Below, piece after piece: positions 1 to 8,612 of a DNA stretch of 31,867 nucleotides (position 1 is the first letter of the stretch; every line of letters begins with the position of its first letter). The notes under the pieces were generated by a model that saw only the letters and a list, made by a program, of their open reading frames with translations, had not been told where the DNA came from and searched no databases. The DNA lies in assembly GCA_048938025.1 (NCBI GenBank), contig JBHLMP010000044.1, positions 1 to 31,867 on the forward strand, read 5' to 3'. The stretch is from Promethearchaeota archaeon (GTDB lineage Archaea; Asgardarchaeota; Lokiarchaeia; Sigyniarchaeales; SOKP01). The position numbers and the translations under genes were made by a program.

Positions 1-1172
1 CTTCTCGGCGATGGACTTTACGCCCACCAACCCGTTTCCCAGAGTCTACAGCGCCAGCAGTTTCGGAGTTTAAGAGTGGGGCGAGAGATTTCTCTCCCAT
101 ACCACACAATTAGTGCTCTACACCACTGGCTACTTCGTCTGAGACTTGGCTGATACCAACTTCGGGGAGAACCAGCTATCACCGATCTAGATTAGCCTTT
201 TGCTCCTATTCCCAGTTCATCCAAGCGAATTGCACATCAGCACTGGTGCAGACCTCCATCACCCTTTCGAGCGACTTCATCTTGACCAGGAATAGATCGA
301 CCGGCTTCGGGTATTATGACAGAGACTTTAGGCCCTTTAAGACCATTCTTCTGGCCTAATCCCTTAGAAGGAATAGCTAAACGTTTTCCAGATGGCAAAA
401 CCATCCTTCAACGAGTAGTTTTCCCTAATGTGATAATTAAGTTGCAAGAATATTGGTTTCCCTACGCCTACATGGGTGATCCACTTAAGCTTGCCTCTAC
501 CATAAACTCCCTGGCCAATGATTCCAGACTGATGATGCAACCCTAGTCCTCTGTACTTTGATATTCTGTCACCAGAACTCATTCGTACAGAATCTGTCCT
601 TTCAGGCTGCATCCCTACTAAACTATTTGGTTTCAAGCACTTTTCACTGCCCTTCCGGGTTACTTTTCATCTTTCGCTCACGCTACTATTTCTCTATCGG
701 TCTTGGGACATATTTAGATTTACCAGCGTGTATCTGGCACATTCGTACGAGAAAACCATCCCGCACTAATCGGGGACTCTCGCAGCAACCACCTAGATTA
801 TGATTACGCGGCTATCACGCTCTATGGCTCGGCATTCCAAGAGTATTCATCTTCTCTAGGGAGGTCGTACAAGGCCCACACACCACATCTCCCATAGGTT
901 TCCCTAGGGATTCGGTTTGATCTGTTCCGCTTTCGCTCGCCGTTACTCACGGAATCACTATTGTTTTCTTTTCCTCCTGGTACTAAAATGTTTTACTTCC
1001 CAGGGTTCCCCTTCCCTTCCGGGAATCTTGTGGATTATTAGGCCACAAGCGGATGTCCTATTCGAGGATCTCGGGGTCAACGTCTACTTGCGACTAACCC
1101 GAGCTTATCGCAGCTTGTCACGCTCTTCATCGGTGCCCAAGCCAAGATATCCACCAAATAGCGGAGGCGTAT
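1..1172 (-). rRNA. rrl: 23S (LSU) rRNA, 5' portion (domains I-II), runs off the window start
   Basis: The reverse complement reads GCUAUUUGGUGGAUAUCUUGGCUUGGGCACCGAUGAAGAGCGUGACAAGCUGCGAUAAGC (archaeal 23S 5' end), with conserved AGUACCAGGAGGAAAAGAAAA, CCGAUAG-N-AGUAGCGUGAGCGAAAGAUGAAAAG and GAUAGCUGGUUCUCCCCGAA blocks. GC-rich relative to the flanks. The 5' end is placed by analogy (+/- about 5 nt). Confidence 0.97.
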
Positions 1173-1540
1173 TGGCGTCTAATCGAGGAAAGATTCAGAT
1201 TGCTTGTATAAAGGATTGTATACTAGGATAATAAGTTAATTGGAACGATTCTTTGGAAATTATTACTTAATGGGGAGTATGTTCCTATGAGCATGATTTT
1301 TCATGCTTGGCTTGGTTTACTCACTTCCCGTATCACCTTAATCATTAGATACTCCATGCGCCGGAATAGACATTTCTTTATTTTTCATACGATTTCAATT
1401 TCTCGCATGTTTCACTTTTTAAGATGTACTTCCGCGAGGCCAATACCAATTAAAGGTGTATATCATCCAAAATAGATGACATATTTTCCCACCAATAATT
1501 TTAATAATTTTGATGGCAAATATACCATCGGCAAAATATT
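1173..1540 (-). other. Structured 5' leader (external spacer) of the unlinked 23S pre-rRNA
   Basis: No credible ORF, 16S or tRNA. Nested inverted repeats at 1169-1179/1436-1446 and 1274-1280/1349-1355, plus hairpins at about 1290-1308, 1463-1479 and 1512-1529. Confidence 0.6.
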
Positions 1541-1550
1541 AGAGTAATTA

Positions 1551-1570
1551 CTTAATTAAAAATTTTATGG
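1551..1570 (-). promoter_or_regulatory. Candidate BRE/TATA promoter for 23S pre-rRNA
   Basis: The minus strand reads CCATAAAATTTTTAATTAAG just upstream of the structured leader. The AT-rich background makes this weak. Confidence 0.3.
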
Positions 1571-1772
1571 TCTAAAATTATTAAAAAACAAGAATTATTT
1601 GTGAAAAATCTAAAAATAAATTAATAGTAAATAAAACCTATTTTTATATATTGGATTTAATCCAAATCAGAAAATAGAATAAGTTTTATAGTTTAAGTAT
1701 AGATACCTTAATTATTAGCAATAGAAAAGAAAATTTTGTATTAAATAATTATAATTAATTTACCATTAAATT

Positions 1773-2642
1773 ATGTGTTGTAAAGTTCTAGTTGGTACTT
1801 CTGGTTGGGGTTATGATGAATGGGTCGGACCTTTTTATCCAAAAGGTCTAAAGAAAGAGGATTACCTTCTTTATTATTCAGAAATTTTTTATACGAATGA
1901 GATTAACACTACCTTTTATAAAATCCCTTCAAAACGGATAGTAGAAAATTGGCTAAATAAAACTCCAAAAAATTTTTTATTTTCAGTAAAGATACCTCAA
2001 ACAATCACGCATGAGCATAAATTGGATATTAAATTCTGCTTAGATGATTTAGATTATTTTTTAAAAGTTATGAATCCACTAATTGAATCTAAGAAATTAA
2101 TATCATTTTTAATTCAATTGCCTCCCTCTTTTAACAAAGAAGAACACTTTGGCAATTTAAAGCAATTTATAGACAATTGGCCAAGAAATCGTGAAAATGA
2201 TCATTATTATATAGTAGTTGAGTTTAGACATAAATCTTGGATGGATCCCGAGACATTTAATTATTTAAAGGAAAATCTTTTAACTTATTGTATTGTAATA
2301 GAGCCATTGTTACCGCCCCGCATGGATGTAACCAATCCAGAATTTGCTTACATTAGGTTTCATGGTTATGGTAAGAAAATCTGGTTTGATTATTTTTTTA
2401 AAGAAGAAGAAGTAAAAAATTGGGCACATTCAATAAAAATGATAATTCCAACAGTAAAAAAGATAAGCATCTATTTTAATAATCATTTCTCTGGCTATGC
2501 TGCAAAAAATTCTTTAATGTTAATGAAAGAATTAGAACTTGAACCTAGACATTTCCCTAAAAACATAAACATTCTAGAAATTAAGAAAAAATCAGGGACA
2601 TTTTCAAAAGGGCAAATAGGCTTGGATGAATTTATGAAATAA
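1773..2642 (+). CDS. DUF72 (YecE-like) TIM-barrel protein with C-terminal PIP-box-like motif
   Basis: VGTSGWGY..W, EINTTFY, F.FSVKIP..ITH, LIQLPPSF, VEFRH.SW, YIRFHG and YFNNH motifs are diagnostic of DUF72. Ends QIGLDEFMK. Confidence 0.93.
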   Translation: MCCKVLVGTSGWGYDEWVGPFYPKGLKKEDYLLYYSEIFYTNEINTTFYKIPSKRIVENWLNKTPKNFLFSVKIPQTITHEHKLDIKFCLDDLDYFLKVMNPLIESKKLISFLIQLPPSFNKEEHFGNLKQFIDNWPRNRENDHYYIVVEFRHKSWMDPETFNYLKENLLTYCIVIEPLLPPRMDVTNPEFAYIRFHGYGKKIWFDYFFKEEEVKNWAHSIKMIIPTVKKISIYFNNHFSGYAAKNSLMLMKELELEPRHFPKNINILEIKKKSGTFSKGQIGLDEFMK

Positions 2643-2705
2643 TTATAAAGTATTATAACATAGAATTTAGAAGTTTTATGAATTTATAACGGAGTCAAAA
2701 AAAGA

Positions 2706-3713
2706 TTGGATAAAATAAAATTAAAGATTGGTGTTATTGGAGCCGGTTCTATAGGGAGTTTGTTTGGTGGATATATTGCAAATTTTAAGTTTAAAACACA
2801 TTTCCCTGAGGTAATATTTTTTTGTAGAAAAGATCATGCTAAAGCTATTAATAAAAATGGTTTAAAAATTATTAGGAATCAATCTACTTATGATATAAAA
2901 AGTATTAAAGCTTATGAAAATGAGAAAAAAATTGAAGATAATATATCTAAGAATTTATCTTTTAGTTTTGATTTTATTTTTCTTACTACTAAGGCATACG
3001 ATATTGAAACTGCTATATTTCAATATAAGAAAATAATTGAAGCAAGTAAATATTTAATTATTTTGCAGAATGGAATTGGGAATGAAGATATCGTAAGTAA
3101 ATTTTACCCAAAAAATAAAATTATTAGGATAGTAACTACTAATGGAGCACTTTTAACTGAACCGGGGAAAGTTATCCATACTGGCTTAGGTATAACAAAA
3201 ATTGGATTTCCATTTCTTTTTAGATTGGATCTTAAACCAAAAGATTTTGAACAATGTCAATCAGATATAAATTTGTTGAAAAATATTTTCAATTTCGTAG
3301 GTTTAAAAACAATAATCGTTGATGATATTATTAGTGAATCTTGGGAGAAAGTATTCATAAATGTTGGAATTAATCCCATTGGAGCTTTAACTCAATTAAG
3401 AAATGGTGAATTATTGGAAATCGAGGGGTTAAAATATTACATGGGTGAAGCAGTTAAAGAAGCAATTAATGTTGCTAGAATGAAAAAGATTAACCTTTCT
3501 GAAAAAGATTATATTGCTTTAACTTATGAAGTAGCGAAAAAAACTTCAAAGAACAAAAATTCTATGCTACAGGATATTTTAAATGGGAAAACAACAGAAA
3601 TTGATTTTTTAAATGGAAGAATAGTGGAATACGCCAATAAACTAGGAATTGAAGTGCCAATTAATAAAGTTTTAACATCTTTAATCAAGGGATTAGAATA
3701 TTCATTATCTTAA
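2706..3713 (+). CDS. panE: 2-dehydropantoate 2-reductase (ketopantoate reductase)
   Basis: GAGSIG Rossmann motif, TKAY, LQNGIG, WEK..N..INP, NSMLQD and TEIDFLNG. TTG start preceded by GGAG. Confidence 0.93.
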   Translation: MDKIKLKIGVIGAGSIGSLFGGYIANFKFKTHFPEVIFFCRKDHAKAINKNGLKIIRNQSTYDIKSIKAYENEKKIEDNISKNLSFSFDFIFLTTKAYDIETAIFQYKKIIEASKYLIILQNGIGNEDIVSKFYPKNKIIRIVTTNGALLTEPGKVIHTGLGITKIGFPFLFRLDLKPKDFEQCQSDINLLKNIFNFVGLKTIIVDDIISESWEKVFINVGINPIGALTQLRNGELLEIEGLKYYMGEAVKEAINVARMKKINLSEKDYIALTYEVAKKTSKNKNSMLQDILNGKTTEIDFLNGRIVEYANKLGIEVPINKVLTSLIKGLEYSLS

Positions 3714-4243
3714 TCAATATCAACATTTTGAACCATGTAGTACGCGTTTTCTCCATCTCGGTAATAATTCTTTTTGACATTATCCATTTTAAAGTTAAAT
3801 TTTTCATATAATTTTATCGCGATATAATTTGATACCCTTACTTCTAGGACTAATTCTGTGATTTTATGTTTTTTTACAGCTGATATACTATTAGATAACA
3901 ATGTTGTACCAATTCCTCTTCTTCTATATTCTTCAGAAACTGCAATAGATACCAAGTGTCCTTTATTTACATATCTTAAACTATCCATAGAAGGAATTTG
4001 CTCAACTCTCCACATCACATAACCTATAACTTTATTATCTTTATCGGTTGCTACCAAAAACGCTTCTGAAAAATTATCAAGAATGCTTTTATAGAAAAAG
4101 TAGGGATAATCTTCTGGTAATTCTCGTTCATTTACCTCGATTACGCCCTCCAAGTCATTTAATTTACATCTCCTTATTAAAATCTGAGATTCAATTTTAA
4201 TATTATTTATAATGTTTATCTTAGTTTCTTTATCAGTACCCAT
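3710..4243 (-). CDS. ard1: N-terminal acetyltransferase, Ard1/RimI family
   Basis: LPEDY, GHLVSIAV..YRRRGIG, LEVRVSN..AI.LY and YYRDGENAY motifs. Confidence 0.92.
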   Translation of the reverse strand: MGTDKETKINIINNIKIESQILIRRCKLNDLEGVIEVNERELPEDYPYFFYKSILDNFSEAFLVATDKDNKVIGYVMWRVEQIPSMDSLRYVNKGHLVSIAVSEEYRRRGIGTTLLSNSISAVKKHKITELVLEVRVSNYIAIKLYEKFNFKMDNVKKNYYRDGENAYYMVQNVDID

Positions 4244-4348
4244 TGTTATCCTTGATTAATGATAGTTTTTAAAAGATAGATTGTTAATATATAGGATAAT
4301 AATAATAGAAACATTTAAGCTTTTATGAATTAGTTTATAATAGCTATT

Positions 4349-5152
4349 TCACGTTCCTAAAATTTTAAAAGGATCTTCTTTTTGTTTTTCTATATAATTT
4401 ATTATAAGATCTAAAGTATTTTGTATATTCTTTTTATTATCAAAGTTTTCAATAATTTTCTTTAATTCATTTTCACTAAATTTTTTTAGTTCCCCTGTGA
4501 TTTTAATCATTTCAGGTAAAGTTCTGACTATATTATCTACAATGGTTATATCTGCACATAATGACGTTCTACTTAAAGGATTTAAATCGACAGCAATAAC
4601 CTGTTTATTTAATTTTTTCAGTGCCTCAGTTCTATCCCCATCCTCTAAGGGAATTAATACTACATCTGCCAAATAAATACCATTTGGGTCAACTATTCTC
4701 CTATTACTTGAAAGTTCTTTGATTTCAACCATTTTTTTTTCATCTATACCTAAAAGATTAGATGCACCAGCATTTTCCAATACTTTTTTAATTGCCCCAA
4801 TTCTACCCTCTTTTCTATAAAATAAATTTATTTCAAGAGGTGCATTAACAGCATTAGATAATTCTATAAGGTATTCGGGGCATAACGCAGCAGTATTTCC
4901 ATTAACAGATATTACTGGTTTTCTAGCTAATAATAAAAGGGCAACTGCCGCTTTAATAGCGTTCTTGGCTGTACTATTTGTTTTCTCACCTAGTATATAA
5001 TCAAAACATTCTCCCCTACCATGTGCTATTAAACCAGCTTCAGCAGTAATTAAATTTCTCATTCCTTCAATAATTTTATGTCTATAATTCAAACTCTGAT
5101 AACGTGGATGATCCTTTGGAACCTTATGATCTTGATTCTCATTAGAATTCAT
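4349..5152 (-). CDS. pps: 4-phosphopantoate--beta-alanine ligase (phosphopantothenate synthetase)
   Basis: HPRY.SL, GLIAHGRGE.FDY..GE, PVISVNGN, PLEDGDRTEAL and DLNPLSRT motifs. Confidence 0.95.
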   Translation of the reverse strand: MNSNENQDHKVPKDHPRYQSLNYRHKIIEGMRNLITAEAGLIAHGRGECFDYILGEKTNSTAKNAIKAAVALLLLARKPVISVNGNTAALCPEYLIELSNAVNAPLEINLFYRKEGRIGAIKKVLENAGASNLLGIDEKKMVEIKELSSNRRIVDPNGIYLADVVLIPLEDGDRTEALKKLNKQVIAVDLNPLSRTSLCADITIVDNIVRTLPEMIKITGELKKFSENELKKIIENFDNKKNIQNTLDLIINYIEKQKEDPFKILGT

Positions 5153-5228
5153 GATTCATAGATAAGTATAGGTCTTTATATAGTTTAAAATAAAGGAAAA
5201 CTATTAATCTTTTGTATCTTTTATATTT

Positions 5229-6515
5229 TTGTTGATAATTATGAGCTCTATGGTAGAAAAGAAAAGCAACGATTTGCAAATTTATCACACGAAAAAAGTT
5301 TTAGAAGACCTTAAAGGTAAAAAGGGATTCCACACAGAATTAATTTCATTGTACATTCCGCATGATCGTAAGGTTTCTGATGTAACAAATTATCTTAAGA
5401 ATGAAATCAGTGAAAGCCAAAATATTAAATCAAAGTTAACTAGAAAAAATGTATTAGATAGTATAAATAGTCTTTTAGGTAAACTGAAAAATGTAAGAGA
5501 TATTCCTGAAAATGGGTTAATTATGTTTTCAGGAGCAATTCCGCAAAACGATACACCTGGGACTGAAAAAAATGAATTAACAATTATCGACCCTCCGGAA
5601 AAAGTTACAACATTCAGATACCATTGTGCGAGTGAATTTTTATTATGGCCTCTAGAAGAAGTACTTAAACCAAAAGAATCCTATGGTTTAATTGTTATTG
5701 GAAGATCTAAATCTGCCGTAGGTTATATTAGGGGTGAACATGTAGAGGTTGTGAGAGAATTCACTTCAGGAATTCATGGTAAACATCGAGCTGGTGGACA
5801 ATCACAGAGGAGATTTGAAAGAGACATTGAGGAACAAGAAAAACAGTTTTATCGTAGAATCTCAAAGGAAATCAGTGATTTATTTTTATCTATGGAAGAT
5901 TTGCAGGGAATCTTTATTGGAGGACCTGGTCCATCTAAAGAAAAATTTGTAAACGATGAGAGCTTGGATTATAGACTGCGTGAAAAAATAATGGATATAG
6001 TTGATCTTGGATATGGAGGCGCTGAAGGTATTCGAGCATTAATTGAAAAGATAATGGATAAAATTGAAAACGTAAAATATATCCGAGAAAAACAAATTAT
6101 GCAGCAATTTTTAAAAGAAATTTCAAACGATACTGGACTAGTTGCATATGGTCTTGAAGAAGTCCAAAAAGCATTAAATATTGGTGCTATTAAAACACTA
6201 ATTTTTTCTGAAAAGTTGGATGTGCATAAATTAAATTTAGAATGTTCTAATTGTGGATATAAAGAATCGAGAACTGCTAGAGAACAAGAATTAATAATGA
6301 TTGAATCATCAATTCAAGATGAACTCTGTCCAAAATGCAGTTCGAACACATTTAATATTTCAGAAAAAACTACATTAATTGAAGACCTTGGAGCTATCGC
6401 AGAGACTATGGGGACTGCAGTAATAATAATTTCCTCTGAAACTGAAGAAGGAGAAATGCTATATAGTACATTTGGAGGGATAGTTGCCATCCTCCGATTT
6501 AAACTTACATATTAA
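5229..6515 (+). CDS. prf1: Peptide chain release factor aRF1/eRF1 (true start probably ATG 5241 or 5250)
   Basis: TELISLYIP, NIKS, YHCASEF (YxCxxxF), GGQSQRRFER, CxxC...CxxC mini-domain and FGGIVAILRF end. Confidence 0.97.
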   Translation: MLIIMSSMVEKKSNDLQIYHTKKVLEDLKGKKGFHTELISLYIPHDRKVSDVTNYLKNEISESQNIKSKLTRKNVLDSINSLLGKLKNVRDIPENGLIMFSGAIPQNDTPGTEKNELTIIDPPEKVTTFRYHCASEFLLWPLEEVLKPKESYGLIVIGRSKSAVGYIRGEHVEVVREFTSGIHGKHRAGGQSQRRFERDIEEQEKQFYRRISKEISDLFLSMEDLQGIFIGGPGPSKEKFVNDESLDYRLREKIMDIVDLGYGGAEGIRALIEKIMDKIENVKYIREKQIMQQFLKEISNDTGLVAYGLEEVQKALNIGAIKTLIFSEKLDVHKLNLECSNCGYKESRTAREQELIMIESSIQDELCPKCSSNTFNISEKTTLIEDLGAIAETMGTAVIIISSETEEGEMLYSTFGGIVAILRFKLTY

Positions 6516-6606
6516 CCAAATATTAGTTTTTATCTTAAAATTAACTGACTCTATTAGAATAGTTTTTAAAAATTTAGAGTAAAATTGGTAAAATGGAGAA
6601 TAATTT

Positions 6607-7599
6607 ATGGATTTAAAAGAAATTTTATTGAATTTAAATATGGTAATGTTTGGAGGCAAAGGTGGTGTTGGAAAAACAACATGTGCTTCAAGTTCAGCAA
6701 TTTGGGCTGCTGAACATGGTCGGAATACTTTAATTATTAGTACAGATCCAGCTCATTCATTGGGTGATAGCTTAGGAGTAGATTTACCTCCAGGTGAACC
6801 AAAACAAATACCTGGTATTGCTAATTTAACAGCATTAGAAATTAATCCTAAAGCTAATATTTCAGAATTTCGCGGATTAACAAATATAAATCCAATAGAT
6901 GAAATGGGCATGCCTGATATTATGGGAGGAATGCCATTAATGGAAGATTTGCTAGAATTAACTTCAATGAATCCTCCTGGTATAGATGAGGCTTTAGCTT
7001 TATTAAAAATGTTAGAATTCGTAGAAACGGAACATAATTATGATTTAATAATTTTTGATACAGCCCCCACAGGTCATACACTTAGATTTTTAAGTCTTCC
7101 AGAAACTTTATCGGGATGGATAGGAAAACTTATTAAAATGAGAATTAAATTTGGAAATATGTTTGGCGCAATAAAAAGAATTTTTACTCGAGAGGAAAAA
7201 AGAGAGGATAATTCTTTAAAGATTTTAGAAAGATTAAATAATTCCATCCTTAATGCAAGAGATGACCTCACTAATCCTTTGAAAAATTCATTTGTAATTA
7301 TTATGATCCCCGAAGAAATGGCAATAACAGAAACAGGTAGATTATTAAATGAACTTATTAAAAATAATATCCCCGTTTCAAATATAGTCGTAAATCAATT
7401 ATATCAAGATCCATCTGATTTATGTAATTTTTGTAGAGCCAGACGAGAGATGCAACAAAGAAACCTAATTAAAATAAGAGAAATTTTTAATGAAAAATTA
7501 GGTAAGAACTTGATTGAACTACCTCTTTTTAAAGGAGAAATAAGAAAGTACTCAAAATTGAAAGAATTAGGAGAATATTTAATTAATAATATGCCTTAA
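6607..7599 (+). CDS. Get3/TRC40-type (ArsA-family) ATPase
   Basis: GGKGGVGKTT, STDPAHSL, PGIDE and DTAPTGHTLRFL motifs. Single ATPase domain, Met-rich helical insert and CNFC (CxxC) motif. Confidence 0.9.
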   Translation: MDLKEILLNLNMVMFGGKGGVGKTTCASSSAIWAAEHGRNTLIISTDPAHSLGDSLGVDLPPGEPKQIPGIANLTALEINPKANISEFRGLTNINPIDEMGMPDIMGGMPLMEDLLELTSMNPPGIDEALALLKMLEFVETEHNYDLIIFDTAPTGHTLRFLSLPETLSGWIGKLIKMRIKFGNMFGAIKRIFTREEKREDNSLKILERLNNSILNARDDLTNPLKNSFVIIMIPEEMAITETGRLLNELIKNNIPVSNIVVNQLYQDPSDLCNFCRARREMQQRNLIKIREIFNEKLGKNLIELPLFKGEIRKYSKLKELGEYLINNMP

Positions 7600-8576
7600 G
7601 TAAAATCTTTTAAATAATTACAATATGTGCAAATTTTAGTATTTCCACATGGATATCCACATAATTGACAAAAATTATAATCTATTTTCTCATTCTGATA
7701 ATACAATGATTTTGATAATTCTAAAAATCCATTGAATAGATTGAATTCTATCTCTGGACTATAATTTTTACATTTCTGAATAAAATCTAATACCCTCTTT
7801 CTTATTATAGGATCTTTTTCTCTATACGGACAGTGTGAAGGATAATAATCGAATTTTTTTATGTTTGCATATAAAAAGATCTCATCCTCTGGAATTCTCA
7901 TCAAGGGTGTTATCTTCTTTATAAAATAATTATCAATTCTACTATTCTGCTCCTTAAAGAGATACTGATTTGCTATTATTTGAAAGCGTTTATATAAAAT
8001 ATTCATTAAAAATGTTTCTGCCACATCAGTAAGATTATGACCTAATGCTAAAACAGTACCTCCTAAATCTTTTGCGCTATCATTTAACAATCTTCTTCTA
8101 AACGTTGCACAATAATTACAAGCATATCTATAATCAATATATTTCTTCTTGATACTTATGATCTCATCTAATTTATATCCTATTTTTTCCTTAAATGAAA
8201 TAATTTTATGTTCTATATCATATATCTTACAAAAATCTTTAGCTTTTTCAATGCTATTTTTTCTATAACCTTTTATTCCTTCATCAATCATTAATGCTAT
8301 AATTGGCTCAGAATTATATGTTCTTTCCTGAATTTTTATTAAATTATAGAGGAGGGAAATTGAATCTTTCCCACCAGACAATGCAACAATAATTTTATCA
8401 TGAGGATTTAGCATTTTATATTTAGAAATAGTTTTGTAAATATTTTTTTCAATATTCTTTTCAAAACATACAGTACAGAGGGTTTCTCCAGAATACCTTC
8501 TCTTAATGACAACTGCATTTTTACAATGAGAACATTTTCCTTTTTCTAAGAATAATTTATAATTCATTAAAACCAA
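7596..8576 (-). CDS. ncsA: tRNA 2-thiolation protein NcsA/TtuA/Ctu1 family
   Basis: N-terminal CxxC..CxxC, SGGKDS PP-loop, DEGI.GYR, CNYC..FRR, GHN..D.AET, CPY and a C-terminal CxxC..CxxC. Confidence 0.93.
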   Translation of the reverse strand: MVLMNYKLFLEKGKCSHCKNAVVIKRRYSGETLCTVCFEKNIEKNIYKTISKYKMLNPHDKIIVALSGGKDSISLLYNLIKIQERTYNSEPIIALMIDEGIKGYRKNSIEKAKDFCKIYDIEHKIISFKEKIGYKLDEIISIKKKYIDYRYACNYCATFRRRLLNDSAKDLGGTVLALGHNLTDVAETFLMNILYKRFQIIANQYLFKEQNSRIDNYFIKKITPLMRIPEDEIFLYANIKKFDYYPSHCPYREKDPIIRKRVLDFIQKCKNYSPEIEFNLFNGFLELSKSLYYQNEKIDYNFCQLCGYPCGNTKICTYCNYLKDFT

Positions 8577-8612
8577 GTAAAGTTCAATTTTTTAAGTGAT
8601 AACAAATGATTA

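Noticed and set aside
345-451. ES9 insert as an rRNA intron or homing element
   Set aside because: It sits at a known expansion site, I see no convincing BHB at the junction, and it has no endonuclease ORF.
1185-1200. GAGGAAAG resembling the RNase P RNA conserved region
   Set aside because: It is not followed by UCC, no matching 3' P4 strand was found, and it is antisense to the rRNA leader.
316-1475. ORFs 316-546, 364-636, 558-803, 917-1231 and 1287-1475
   Set aside because: They overlap the 23S rRNA or its leader and have no protein motifs, so they are spurious.
4349-4351. TGA stop of pps (and of pyrH) as selenocysteine read-through
   Set aside because: The proteins are already full length, are not selenoprotein families, and I found no SECIS-like element.
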